Virus record (IMG/VR): IMGVR_UViG_3300027413_000002
Direction: 5' to 3' (one strand)
Length of the DNA stretch: 64,000 nt
DNA from: a virus
Part shown: in pieces, positions 38,054 through 47,105 of the stretch
How the letters are laid out: every line of letters starts with the position of its first letter
How positions within the stretch are numbered: the first letter of the stretch is position 1
Program-made: the position numbers and the translations under genes
The notes under the pieces: model-generated
The model's database searches: none
The model's input: the letters and a program-made list of their open reading frames with translations, nothing else
What the model was told of the DNA's origin: nothing

Positions 38054-39013
38054 TCAACCTGTCATGAATGTTGGGGGCAATTCGTATCTTACTTGCATCT
38101 CTTCTTCAATTTGACCTATCTCAGCAAGAGCCTCGCCAAAGATAACGTCACCGTTGAGAGTAACACCACCAGGAAGTTGGATTCCTCCGAACTTCTTCAT
38201 GTTCTCTCCCCATTGCCGCTTGATCAATGCAGTAGCATATTTCTTCAACCATAAGTCGTTGTAGACTTCTGAATAGTCTGTTCCAGCTACAAGAGCATAA
38301 CCTTCTGCTACAATGAAGTCACCGATATCGAAAGTCTTGTCCATATCCGTGTCGATATACATTTTGTTCGTTTTGCGATTGAATCTGATTGCGCGATCAT
38401 TCACAAACAAACTCTCAAGGAGATTCATATGAGTCTTCACCATTGAGTAGTATGTGACGTCTGCGCTGAGTAGATTGTACAGATCGTTTTGAGCAAATTG
38501 ATAGTCAATATCAAACAGACCATCAGAGTTAGATGTCGAGCCAATACCGCCAAACTTAAACATTTTTGTCACACCGAGTATCTCATTACCGATAGTGATG
38601 TAACCGTTCTCGATATCGCCTTTTACGATTGTGCTGATTGTTGCAGTAAGTGCTGAGTCAGAACCAGTGATTGTCTCTCCTGCAGCGAACTTTGCAGCAC
38701 CTTGTACGTTTTCATAGATTACTTTGTCGCCCGAACTGCTTTTATCGACAGTAGCTTTCGCTCCTGATGTGCCACCTGTAACTGTTTCACCGTCAATAAA
38801 TGCAACAGAAGCGGATAGATTTAGAGTAGAACCTTCAAGTGCTTTCTTAATATACACACGTTCTACGCCATCAAAATGGTATTCCTGCCATAACTGTAAT
38901 GCATCATCGATGCGATCGCTAACCTGATCTTCATCCACGTTTATTTCGATTACAGGGAATCCCAATCTTCTGAGGCAGTAATCTATTAGTTCTTGTCTAG
39001 TTGATAGAGCCAT
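38054..39013 (-). CDS. 13: Neck protein gp13
   Basis: YCLRRLG.PVIEINV, HFDG, KRQWGENMKKF.G..LPGGV. Confidence 0.96.
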   Translation of the reverse strand: MALSTRQELIDYCLRRLGFPVIEINVDEDQVSDRIDDALQLWQEYHFDGVERVYIKKALEGSTLNLSASVAFIDGETVTGGTSGAKATVDKSSSGDKVIYENVQGAAKFAAGETITGSDSALTATISTIVKGDIENGYITIGNEILGVTKMFKFGGIGSTSNSDGLFDIDYQFAQNDLYNLLSADVTYYSMVKTHMNLLESLFVNDRAIRFNRKTNKMYIDTDMDKTFDIGDFIVAEGYALVAGTDYSEVYNDLWLKKYATALIKRQWGENMKKFGGIQLPGGVTLNGDVIFGEALAEIGQIEEEMQVRYELPPTFMTG

Positions 39014-39060
39014 CTGAACCCCTAATGAATTTGTTTAAAGTCTGGTACTATTTATAAGAC

Positions 39061-40788
39061 TTATGATTGGTCATAAGAATACAACAGAGCCTTCAGTGCA
39101 TTAATTTCTTGTTGGACAAAGGCAGTTGTTGCAATTTTAGTTGTATTATCGCCTGTTGACTGTGTTGTCGACGTGGTTACTGACGTGAGGTATCCAGCTG
39201 ATGCGTGATTACCCCAGCCATGCGCTGTATCTGCTTTAGTTCCCTGTGCAGCTGTTGCGTAGTCTGAAGAATCAAATGCTTTCACTTCCGCGAGGTTTGT
39301 GACCTCTGAATCCATCAACGCTCCAGCTGCCGTCACGTTTGTCGCGTCTGTAACATCCGCTGATGCCTCTATACCATTTAGCTTTGTGTGATCAGCATCA
39401 GTAAAGTTATTTTGTGTGAGACCACCATCACCTACAGTGTATGTAGTATTTGTATCAGCCGAACTAATAGTTCCATCGGCTGCAATGGTAACATTAGTCC
39501 CTGCTGTCAATGCCGCGACCACATTAGCTGTGTCAGTTACATCAGCCGATGCTTCAATGCCATCTAGTTTAGTGTGGTCAGCATTAGTGAAATCATTTGA
39601 GACAGTTGGTATAGTTGGCGCACCTGATAACGAACTATATGCGCCATCGAATGCATCAGTTATACCATAGCCATTTATTGTCGTTGGTTTGCTGGTAATA
39701 TCTGCAAACTCCACATCTCCACCACCGCCACCAGAGATAGCGATATTTCCGCTCCCGAGAAGAGAAGTTCCGTTGACTGTCTTGATGCTAGTCCCTGATA
39801 CCAGAGCCGATTGTGCATCAGTGATGCCATAACCACTCAACGTGGTAGGAGTGGAAGTGATTTCGGAGAATGTAACGTCATGACTGACTTTGGCGTCTGA
39901 TTGGTCGACAGCTTTCAATTTGCCGCCAGAGTTTTTCAACTTCAGAACATTACCGTTATTTCCAATGTGAATCTCTTCAACGATTACCTTTTTAAGATTA
40001 TCTGAACCGTCTTTAAAAGTAACATCACCATTGGTATCTTTTTGTATCTTTGTTCCACCCAAGTTAATGGTTTCACCTGCTAGGAACAAATCATTCCATC
40101 GCTTTGTCGCTGAACCGAGATTATATGTTTCGGTTGCAGATGGAAGGATATGTTCACCGACTGATGAAAAATCTGCGCTTCCACCACCACCCGATGCATC
40201 TGCTCCCACAAACTTGCCAGTTGCTGAATCATACTTTAAAAATTTATTGTTTACAAGAGCAGTCGAACGATCTAAGTCGTCCATGTCTTTTATCTTTACT
40301 GCACCACCGCCCGAAGAACCTTGAAGACCCAACCGAATACTCATGATTGATTTCTTCACGTCATCGATCTGTTTCTCTAGACCTTTTATTTTGACCTGTT
40401 CTTCAGATAACTCAACACGCTTGGTCTTCAAGAAGTCGAGTGCCTGTTCTTGAAGAGGTGTGTCTACTAATTCTTCTAGGATTTCTTTGTCTTCTTCAAA
40501 GACCTGTTCGACAACTTCTTGTATTTCAGGGAGTTTATCTTCTGTGTCGCCAACAATCTCCTCAACCTGAACACCACCTTTGTTTGTTGGTGATGTCAAC
40601 CACGCTTCCATGGCAGCGACTTCGCGCTTTTGTTTTTCTTCCTCTTCCTTCAACTGTTTCAACTCAGACGAAAACGCCTCCAAGAAATCGCCTTGAAGAT
40701 CTTTCGATTTTTTCTTTGTTTTCTTCTGTTCGGCAGAGTTCTTGGCTTTTTCTTCAGCCAACATCTGAAACAGGTCTTTCATATCCAT
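39061..40788 (-). CDS. Mosaic fibre-like virion protein at the wac/fibritin position
   Basis: N-terminal coiled coil; PTT..GYGITDA twice; FT.ADHTKL.GIEASADVTD twice; DNTTKIATTAFV. Confidence 0.65.
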   Translation of the reverse strand: MDMKDLFQMLAEEKAKNSAEQKKTKKKSKDLQGDFLEAFSSELKQLKEEEEKQKREVAAMEAWLTSPTNKGGVQVEEIVGDTEDKLPEIQEVVEQVFEEDKEILEELVDTPLQEQALDFLKTKRVELSEEQVKIKGLEKQIDDVKKSIMSIRLGLQGSSGGGAVKIKDMDDLDRSTALVNNKFLKYDSATGKFVGADASGGGGSADFSSVGEHILPSATETYNLGSATKRWNDLFLAGETINLGGTKIQKDTNGDVTFKDGSDNLKKVIVEEIHIGNNGNVLKLKNSGGKLKAVDQSDAKVSHDVTFSEITSTPTTLSGYGITDAQSALVSGTSIKTVNGTSLLGSGNIAISGGGGGDVEFADITSKPTTINGYGITDAFDGAYSSLSGAPTIPTVSNDFTNADHTKLDGIEASADVTDTANVVAALTAGTNVTIAADGTISSADTNTTYTVGDGGLTQNNFTDADHTKLNGIEASADVTDATNVTAAGALMDSEVTNLAEVKAFDSSDYATAAQGTKADTAHGWGNHASAGYLTSVTTSTTQSTGDNTTKIATTAFVQQEINALKALLYSYDQS

Positions 40789-40792
40789 TGAG

Positions 40793-41122
40793 TTATGCCT
40801 TTGTCACTTGTGGTGTGACTGTGACGATACCCTCAACTACACGGATCGTTTCCGATCCAGAAGCGGATTCGCAGTCGTATACATACCTTCCTGCTTTTAA
40901 ATTTCCTGTTTCAGTTGCAGTGAGGGAAAGAGTAATGACTCCTGTTGCGTCTACCTGCGCTGTCGTGAAACTTGTGGAGGTGGAACTGTAGTAACTTTTT
41001 CTCAACTGACCTGTTGTCGTATAACCAGTAAGGTTTTTTGCTGCTCCAGCACTATCTTTGGCTGTTACATCAACTGAGAATGTTGTACCCTGATCAATAA
41101 CTATATTTTTTTGCGTTGCCAT
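40793..41122 (-). CDS. Small virion structural protein (BppU-like Ig fold)
   Basis: IDQGTTF, LTGYT, LRKSY, GRYVYD, RVVEG.VTVTP; late promoter at 41145. Confidence 0.7.
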   Translation of the reverse strand: MATQKNIVIDQGTTFSVDVTAKDSAGAAKNLTGYTTTGQLRKSYYSSTSTSFTTAQVDATGVITLSLTATETGNLKAGRYVYDCESASGSETIRVVEGIVTVTPQVTKA

Positions 41123-41167
41123 ATGTTTGCTCCAATGCTGCTCTTATTTATAAGATTATAAAAACAC

Positions 41168-41196
41168 TTGACTTTTTCCCACTAAATAGGTATAAT
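41168..41196 (+). promoter_or_regulatory. sigma70 promoter TTGACT-N17-TATAAT with a nested late-like ACTAAATA
   Basis: -35 at 41168-41173, -10 at 41191-41196, ACTAAATA at 41181-41188. Confidence 0.8.
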
Positions 41197-41203
41197 GTCT
41201 GTT

Positions 41204-41887
41204 ATGAAAACTATTTTTATGTTGCTGTACGGCAGCAAATATTCTTATAGAGATGTTAATAATATTGTTGACTCGACCAACGGTCAGGGGTATAATTATG
41301 TTCTGTATTGTGACTCTGCACCTAGTGGGTTAGACCCAAAGGTCAAGACAGTCACAGGAATAGACCCAGAGTTGGGAACATTCAATAAGGTGATGATGTT
41401 TGAAGGGCGTGATATAGATCAATGTTTATATTTAGATCTAGATGTCATCATTCAAAACCCAAATCTTGACGAATTCTTTGACGCAGGATTAGAAAGACCC
41501 ACCATATGTAAGACGTACTGGAAGCCAGAAGGTTTCGAAGCACATATCGGTGGTGGTGACTATAACTCTAGTGTTATTGCTTGGAGCAAAGGAAATGGGA
41601 GGTCGATGTTCACGCACTTCTCCGCAGACCCAGATAGATGGCTCGTACGATACCGAGATTGCGACGATAAATACTTATACCATATACACGGATATATCTT
41701 TGCACAGTTTCCCAAGGGCAGTATATACTCTTATGCATATGGTATTGATTATGAAACGGATACGAGTCCCAGAGGTAGGAAGCATCATAAGGGAGCAAGT
41801 ATCTGCCTGTTAAACGGTCAAGATAGACACGACTTCAATTTAAGGATTGATTACTATTCTCACTTTTCTGACGATAAAGTGGGGTGA
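41204..41887 (+). CDS. GT-A nucleotide-sugar transferase, paralog 1
   Basis: YGSKYS, YLDLD, YNSSVIAW, YSY. Start placed at 41204 because the 41195 ATG overlaps the -10 box. Confidence 0.75.
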   Translation: MKTIFMLLYGSKYSYRDVNNIVDSTNGQGYNYVLYCDSAPSGLDPKVKTVTGIDPELGTFNKVMMFEGRDIDQCLYLDLDVIIQNPNLDEFFDAGLERPTICKTYWKPEGFEAHIGGGDYNSSVIAWSKGNGRSMFTHFSADPDRWLVRYRDCDDKYLYHIHGYIFAQFPKGSIYSYAYGIDYETDTSPRGRKHHKGASICLLNGQDRHDFNLRIDYYSHFSDDKVG

Positions 41888-43247
41888 CAAATACTCTGCA
41901 GAGTATGTGAATAACCTTTATGGTATGATTGATGCGAACTATGTCAATCAATTTAGAATGGTATGTTTCACAGATGAACCCGATGGGATTCGGGAAGAAG
42001 TAGATATTCACCCTATCCCCGATGTTGAACCGCTACACCCAAAGTATTGGTTTGGCGAGGAGAACTATTGCTGGGATCGTTCCAAATTCCTTCTGTTCAA
42101 TGCACAAGAATGGCTCAATGATGTTGGTCCATTCTGTTATTTCGATTTAGATATTATCATACAAGACTCAATTGATGAGTTTTACGAACTTGCATTCCAA
42201 CCACATATCCTATATTCTCATTGGCAACCTGAAGGGCAGGTGAATAATAGAAGGTTTAGAGATATTCGTGGAACGTACTTCAACTCTAGCTGCATGCTTT
42301 GGTGGTCTGAACAACCGAAGAAAATATATGATGATGTCGTGAATAATCCAGATGTGTTCAAAGTATTTTACAAGGGTTCTGACAACTACCATCAGTGGAG
42401 AAGACCAGCTGGTAATGAATTCTGGAACTTCCTACCCGAAGAATGGTATTACAGTTACAATTACCAAGATACAAAATATGATGCCAAACTCGCTTTGTTC
42501 AACCAGAATTACATAACAAACGATGAGTCTATCTCTATTGAGGAGTTAGAAGATCCAGTCCTACTCAATCACTGGTACGGTAAATATGATATGTATAAGG
42601 ATGTCCCGACTCGAGTGGTTCTAGAACTATCAAACAAATACAATGACACTAAAAATCAATTCAACGATCTGTTCGTTGAAGACGACGAACTAACAATTGA
42701 AGATGTGAAGAGGATATTCAAAGATCCACCAGAATATGTTACATTACTCACAACACTCGCTCGCCCGAATCGGTGTAAAGATTATTTCAAAATTGTAGAA
42801 TGGTTCGAGCAACAGGGTACACAGGTGATACAACCACCACTAGATTTTGGTTTACACATAATCAATAAACTGGGGAGACCCATAGTTGAACAGGAAAAAG
42901 AACTTGTAACAAGAGAGAATATCAAGAAGTTTAAACAAAAAGAAGAATATAGGAATGTTACAAAAGAAGAAAAGTGGGTCATTGACTGTGAAGCCAGAAA
43001 CGACAATATGGTTTACATCAATGCAAAGGGAAATGTGTTCCCTTGTTCGTATATGGCGAGAGATATCCTAGAAAATAGACTATATCCACTTCATCCAATC
43101 GACTACCCATACAATCCTAAATACAATAACGCTAAGTCCTTCCCATTGAAGGATATTGTATATAATGCAGACTTTGATTGTTATAATGATAGTCTGAAGA
43201 AAGACCATTTGAAAATTTGTAAAGAGACTTGTGGAAGATGCGTGTAA
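41847..43247 (+). CDS. GT-A transferase fused to a degenerate radical-SAM and SPASM-like domain
   Basis: KWGDKYS, CFTD, FDLD, FNSS, GSDNY; C-terminal C...YINAKGNVFPC...CKETC. Confidence 0.72.
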   Translation: MITILTFLTIKWGDKYSAEYVNNLYGMIDANYVNQFRMVCFTDEPDGIREEVDIHPIPDVEPLHPKYWFGEENYCWDRSKFLLFNAQEWLNDVGPFCYFDLDIIIQDSIDEFYELAFQPHILYSHWQPEGQVNNRRFRDIRGTYFNSSCMLWWSEQPKKIYDDVVNNPDVFKVFYKGSDNYHQWRRPAGNEFWNFLPEEWYYSYNYQDTKYDAKLALFNQNYITNDESISIEELEDPVLLNHWYGKYDMYKDVPTRVVLELSNKYNDTKNQFNDLFVEDDELTIEDVKRIFKDPPEYVTLLTTLARPNRCKDYFKIVEWFEQQGTQVIQPPLDFGLHIINKLGRPIVEQEKELVTRENIKKFKQKEEYRNVTKEEKWVIDCEARNDNMVYINAKGNVFPCSYMARDILENRLYPLHPIDYPYNPKYNNAKSFPLKDIVYNADFDCYNDSLKKDHLKICKETCGRCV

Positions 43248-44038
43248 ATTTCGTCTGTGCTAAATGGGGCACAAAGTATGGTGCACACTTTGTCAATCGC
43301 CTATGTAACATGGCTCGTAGAAACTGCCCTGATCAGTTTGACTTTCACTTCTATTGTTACACTGATGACAGTGTGGGTCTTCAGTCTGATGTTAAGGTCA
43401 TCCCCTTTCCAGATATTCCTGATATTCACCCTAAGTATTGGTTCGGTTTGGACGATTACAAGTATGGAATGGCTCGCTGTTGGGATCGTGCAAAGACTTT
43501 CGTTTTTAATACCCATAATTTCGCAGACGATAAACCACACGGGCGTTTCGTCTTTCTAGACTTAGACGTTATCATTCAAAACGATCTAACACCAATCATC
43601 ACTTACAATATGGAGCAACCGACCAAGATGCGTTCTTGGTGGCAAGATCCAAGACCCATGGATACTCGTCGCTTCAAACTTTCCCATGGTGCATTCACAA
43701 ACGGAAGTTGTCAGGTTTGGAGTGACGACCAGTGTGAACCTATATGGAATGATGTATTAGAACATCAGGAAAAGATTTGGTTTACATTCACAGACGGCAC
43801 TGATAACTACCACAGCTGGAGATGGAAAGAGTTATGGGATTATTTCCCGAGTTGGATGGCATACTCGTACAACCGTGGACGCTCTTGGGATGAAGATGAT
43901 TTAAACGTAGGAATCTATAGAGAGAATTGTATTCTCTGCGTATTTAATGTAGACCTTTTACCATTTGAAGATGGATCTAGAGGTAAAACAAAACAAGACG
44001 AATTGGCAGACCCAAGATTACTGGAGCATTGGAAATGA
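43238..44038 (+). CDS. GT-A nucleotide-sugar transferase, paralog 3
   Basis: KWGTKYG, CYTD, FLDLD, NGS, GTDNY, YSYN. Confidence 0.78.
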   Translation: MRVNFVCAKWGTKYGAHFVNRLCNMARRNCPDQFDFHFYCYTDDSVGLQSDVKVIPFPDIPDIHPKYWFGLDDYKYGMARCWDRAKTFVFNTHNFADDKPHGRFVFLDLDVIIQNDLTPIITYNMEQPTKMRSWWQDPRPMDTRRFKLSHGAFTNGSCQVWSDDQCEPIWNDVLEHQEKIWFTFTDGTDNYHSWRWKELWDYFPSWMAYSYNRGRSWDEDDLNVGIYRENCILCVFNVDLLPFEDGSRGKTKQDELADPRLLEHWK

Positions 44039-44460
44039 AGATAGGACTCACTGCAAGCGCATTCGACTTACTACATGCTGGTCATGTTCAAATGTTAGAG
44101 GAAGCAAAAACTCAATGCGATTATTTGATATGTGCATTACACATAGACCCGAGTACCCAAAGATCAGAGAAAGGCAAACCTGTCCAGAATATGGTTGAGC
44201 GATACACGCAACTGAAGGCAGTGAAGTATGTCGATGAAATTATACCTTATGCGACGGAGAACGAGTTAGAAGATATCTTGGAATTATATCCGATCAATGT
44301 AAGAATAATTGGCGAAGAATATGAGAGATCTTCATTCACAGGAGACTGGATTTGCGATAGGAAAGGAATCGAAATATACTACAATAAACGAGAACATCGA
44401 TTCAGCACCAAACATTTACGCAAAAATATTCTATGGGCAGAATCGGATTTCGTTAGATGA
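44035..44460 (+). CDS. Cytidylyltransferase (TagD-like)
   Basis: AFDLLHAGH (HxGH), ERY.QL.AVKYVDEI, GEEY, REHRFST. Confidence 0.9.
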   Translation: MKIGLTASAFDLLHAGHVQMLEEAKTQCDYLICALHIDPSTQRSEKGKPVQNMVERYTQLKAVKYVDEIIPYATENELEDILELYPINVRIIGEEYERSSFTGDWICDRKGIEIYYNKREHRFSTKHLRKNILWAESDFVR

Positions 44461-45131
44461 ATATCTACACAGTGAAATGGGGAGACAAATACTCCTCTGA
44501 ATATGTAAACAAGATTGCATACGATATTGCAGCCGATTTCCCAGAGGCAGACCGCAAAGTATATTGTATAACTGACGACCCGACTGGTCTCAAAGACTTC
44601 ATTGAGCCGATACTTATACCAGAAGGAAATGATTTACAGAAATGGTGGAACAAAATGTATCTGTTCTCACCTCTGGTTGAGCAGGAAGGGGAGAAACTTT
44701 TCTTTGACCTCGATATTCTCATTCAACAGGACATAACTGTATTTGAAGAGTTCGATCCAGAAAACTGTCTTGGTATCGTAAAGACTTGGTGGCACGATAT
44801 TGAAACGATGCGCGAGGAAACCAAACACGTCCCGCATAAATTCAGCGACATAAACTCGAGTGTTCTGCGGTGGAACGATTCATTCGACAGTAAAAAGCTG
44901 TGGGAGTTCTTTGATAAATACAAGGAACAAATTATGTGGCACTATAGGGGAATTGATAATTTCCTTTGTGATAAAAACATAATTCCTATGAAGCTGTTTC
45001 CATTTGGTTGGGTCTATAGTTTCAATCAGGGTTATGTATATCCACAAGACACCGAGCGGCACGTCTATAGAGAAATGCCATATATTTGTTTATTTGATTC
45101 AATGGGAAAAAGTGAAGATGTTAAAATTTAA
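44457..45131 (+). CDS. GT-A nucleotide-sugar transferase, paralog 4
   Basis: KWGDKYS, CITD, WWNKM, FFDLD, INSS, GIDNF. Confidence 0.8.
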   Translation: MNIYTVKWGDKYSSEYVNKIAYDIAADFPEADRKVYCITDDPTGLKDFIEPILIPEGNDLQKWWNKMYLFSPLVEQEGEKLFFDLDILIQQDITVFEEFDPENCLGIVKTWWHDIETMREETKHVPHKFSDINSSVLRWNDSFDSKKLWEFFDKYKEQIMWHYRGIDNFLCDKNIIPMKLFPFGWVYSFNQGYVYPQDTERHVYREMPYICLFDSMGKSEDVKI

Positions 45132-45837
45132 GATGATTTTACCTCAAGCGATGATGACGATAGGTCAGCTTTTCATAATACCAGCAATCTGGTTTGTGGT
45201 TACAGCTGAGCATACGATGTTAGGTGTAATATCCTCTCTAGTAGCTTGTTTTGTATTCACCTGTTTAGGAGTAGCGGTAAGCGCACATAGATATTTTACT
45301 CATAGATCTTTTCGCATTTCTTACACGAAAGAAAAACTTCTATCTTTATTGGTTGTGCTGTCAACATGGCTGAGTCCATTTGAATGGGCTGCTGCTCATT
45401 GGCATCACCATAAACATTCAGATACTGAATTAGACACACATAGTTCGAAATACTTGGGTTGGAAAAATTGGTTTTTTGTTTTTCATAGATCATATGCAGC
45501 TGCACCTTCGGCAGTGTCAGCTCGTTTAATTAAAAAGAAATGGCATATGTTTTTGTTCAACAACAAATATTTTATTATATTTTCTTATGCATCACTGGTT
45601 TATTTACTTGGTGGTATGAATTATCTATTCTACTTATGGGTAATACCTACATCGCATGCATTTTTGGCGCAGATGATTACTGTAAATAACCACGTTAATG
45701 GTGAACCGAAAGACAGCTTTTGGCAAAATATAGTTACCCTTGGTGAAGGATATCATGCCCATCATCATGAATACCCTAAAAATTATGAAAAGGGGTTTAT
45801 TATAAAACCTATTGTGAAGGTAATAAAAGATGCTTAA
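45118..45837 (+). CDS. Second membrane fatty-acid desaturase-like protein
   Basis: HRYFTH, HWHHH, GEGYHAHHH; start probably at 45118 or the next ATG. Confidence 0.85.
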   Translation: MLKFKMILPQAMMTIGQLFIIPAIWFVVTAEHTMLGVISSLVACFVFTCLGVAVSAHRYFTHRSFRISYTKEKLLSLLVVLSTWLSPFEWAAAHWHHHKHSDTELDTHSSKYLGWKNWFFVFHRSYAAAPSAVSARLIKKKWHMFLFNNKYFIIFSYASLVYLLGGMNYLFYLWVIPTSHAFLAQMITVNNHVNGEPKDSFWQNIVTLGEGYHAHHHEYPKNYEKGFIIKPIVKVIKDA

Positions 45838-46498
45838 ATCTAATTTTTTAGCAAACTATAAGTTCTGGGGAGAGGCATTCTACTTTATTGAGAAGAAAGC
45901 ACCGCATAAAATATCTGACCTTCGTCAGTGTTTTGAACAGAACCATGTTGAGGCAGCAGAGTGGTTAGTTGAAGAACTACAGAAAAATATTGACAACTGC
46001 GCTAGACAAGAGAAGATTAAGGTATTGGTACTCAATTCGTGGTTGGGGATGCCTCTCGTCCCCCTCCTCTGCGAGAACCTCGATATCGGAGAGTTGCACC
46101 TAGTCGACTTAGACAAAGAGGCATTAGACTTATCCAAGATAATGCATAAACATTACTCTCAAGAGAAGTTTGTGAAGATTCGCCACCACAATCTAGACAT
46201 CCCATTTGCGTTTGACGAACTCAATAAGATTGACGCAGATGTTGTAATCGCTATCAACACCGAGCAAATGTATCCGCTCAAAGAACTTCAAACGAAGAAC
46301 CCAATGGCATTGTTTGCTTGTCAAAATAGTAATGTTATTGAAGAGATGTATGGTATCAACTGCGTAGACTCTATTGAAGACTTGAAAGAGCAGATTGATT
46401 TAGATGAGATATATTATTCGGGACAACGAGAACAAACATATTACTCGTGGGATGGACAAAAGAAATATGATCGATTTATGGTAATCGGATCTAAGTAA
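45830..46498 (+). CDS. Class I SAM methyltransferase-like protein (degenerate motif I)
   Basis: VLVLNSWLG, LVDLD, DVVI..NTEQM, RFMVIG. Confidence 0.5.
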   Translation: MLKSNFLANYKFWGEAFYFIEKKAPHKISDLRQCFEQNHVEAAEWLVEELQKNIDNCARQEKIKVLVLNSWLGMPLVPLLCENLDIGELHLVDLDKEALDLSKIMHKHYSQEKFVKIRHHNLDIPFAFDELNKIDADVVIAINTEQMYPLKELQTKNPMALFACQNSNVIEEMYGINCVDSIEDLKEQIDLDEIYYSGQREQTYYSWDGQKKYDRFMVIGSK

Positions 46499-47105
46499 GA
46501 TCCTCGATCATCATTTCCCACATTCCCTCATCAGGGATAACAAACCCCAGAGTAATTCTTGGACCACCACCAGCACAATGCCAAACTGGATCCTCTTTAC
46601 CGCCATAATATCCAACTTTAGCAGACCAACCTTTCCAATCGGGAAGAGTGTGGATTATTTCTCCGTCCCAAAACTGGAAGTATCCATCCCCAAGATTATA
46701 ATTTAAGAGAATATTATATCCAGGAACATCCCAGTTATTATGCCACCCCATAAATCCATCTTCTGGATAGTAGACATGAACAGCACTATGCCTTGCACCC
46801 AGATATTTAACAAGTGTGTCATTTAATCTCTGGGATTCTTTTTTGAATTTTTCTGGGGATCTAGCACCAACACCAAAGTGGGCATTACGAACAACTTCTG
46901 GTGGACCAGCGTGTTGCCCTTCTTCCTTACCCATTGTCTTTGTGAGCATTTCTGTGAGGTATTCATACGACTGAGAATGTTCAGCAGTAGAATCACCATG
47001 GTCGTCGATATAGAGTTCTGAGAGGTCTTGCTTAAAAAACCAATCACTATGTTCTTCAAGAATCTCTAGTATCTCAGTATTAAGGTCTATAAATTTCATT
47101 ACCAA
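46491..47105 (-). CDS. Cupin/2OG-Fe(II) oxygenase-like protein
   Basis: YYPEDGFMGWHNN ... WHCAG ... RITLGF. Confidence 0.55.
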   Translation of the reverse strand: MVMKFIDLNTEILEILEEHSDWFFKQDLSELYIDDHGDSTAEHSQSYEYLTEMLTKTMGKEEGQHAGPPEVVRNAHFGVGARSPEKFKKESQRLNDTLVKYLGARHSAVHVYYPEDGFMGWHNNWDVPGYNILLNYNLGDGYFQFWDGEIIHTLPDWKGWSAKVGYYGGKEDPVWHCAGGGPRITLGFVIPDEGMWEMMIEDLT

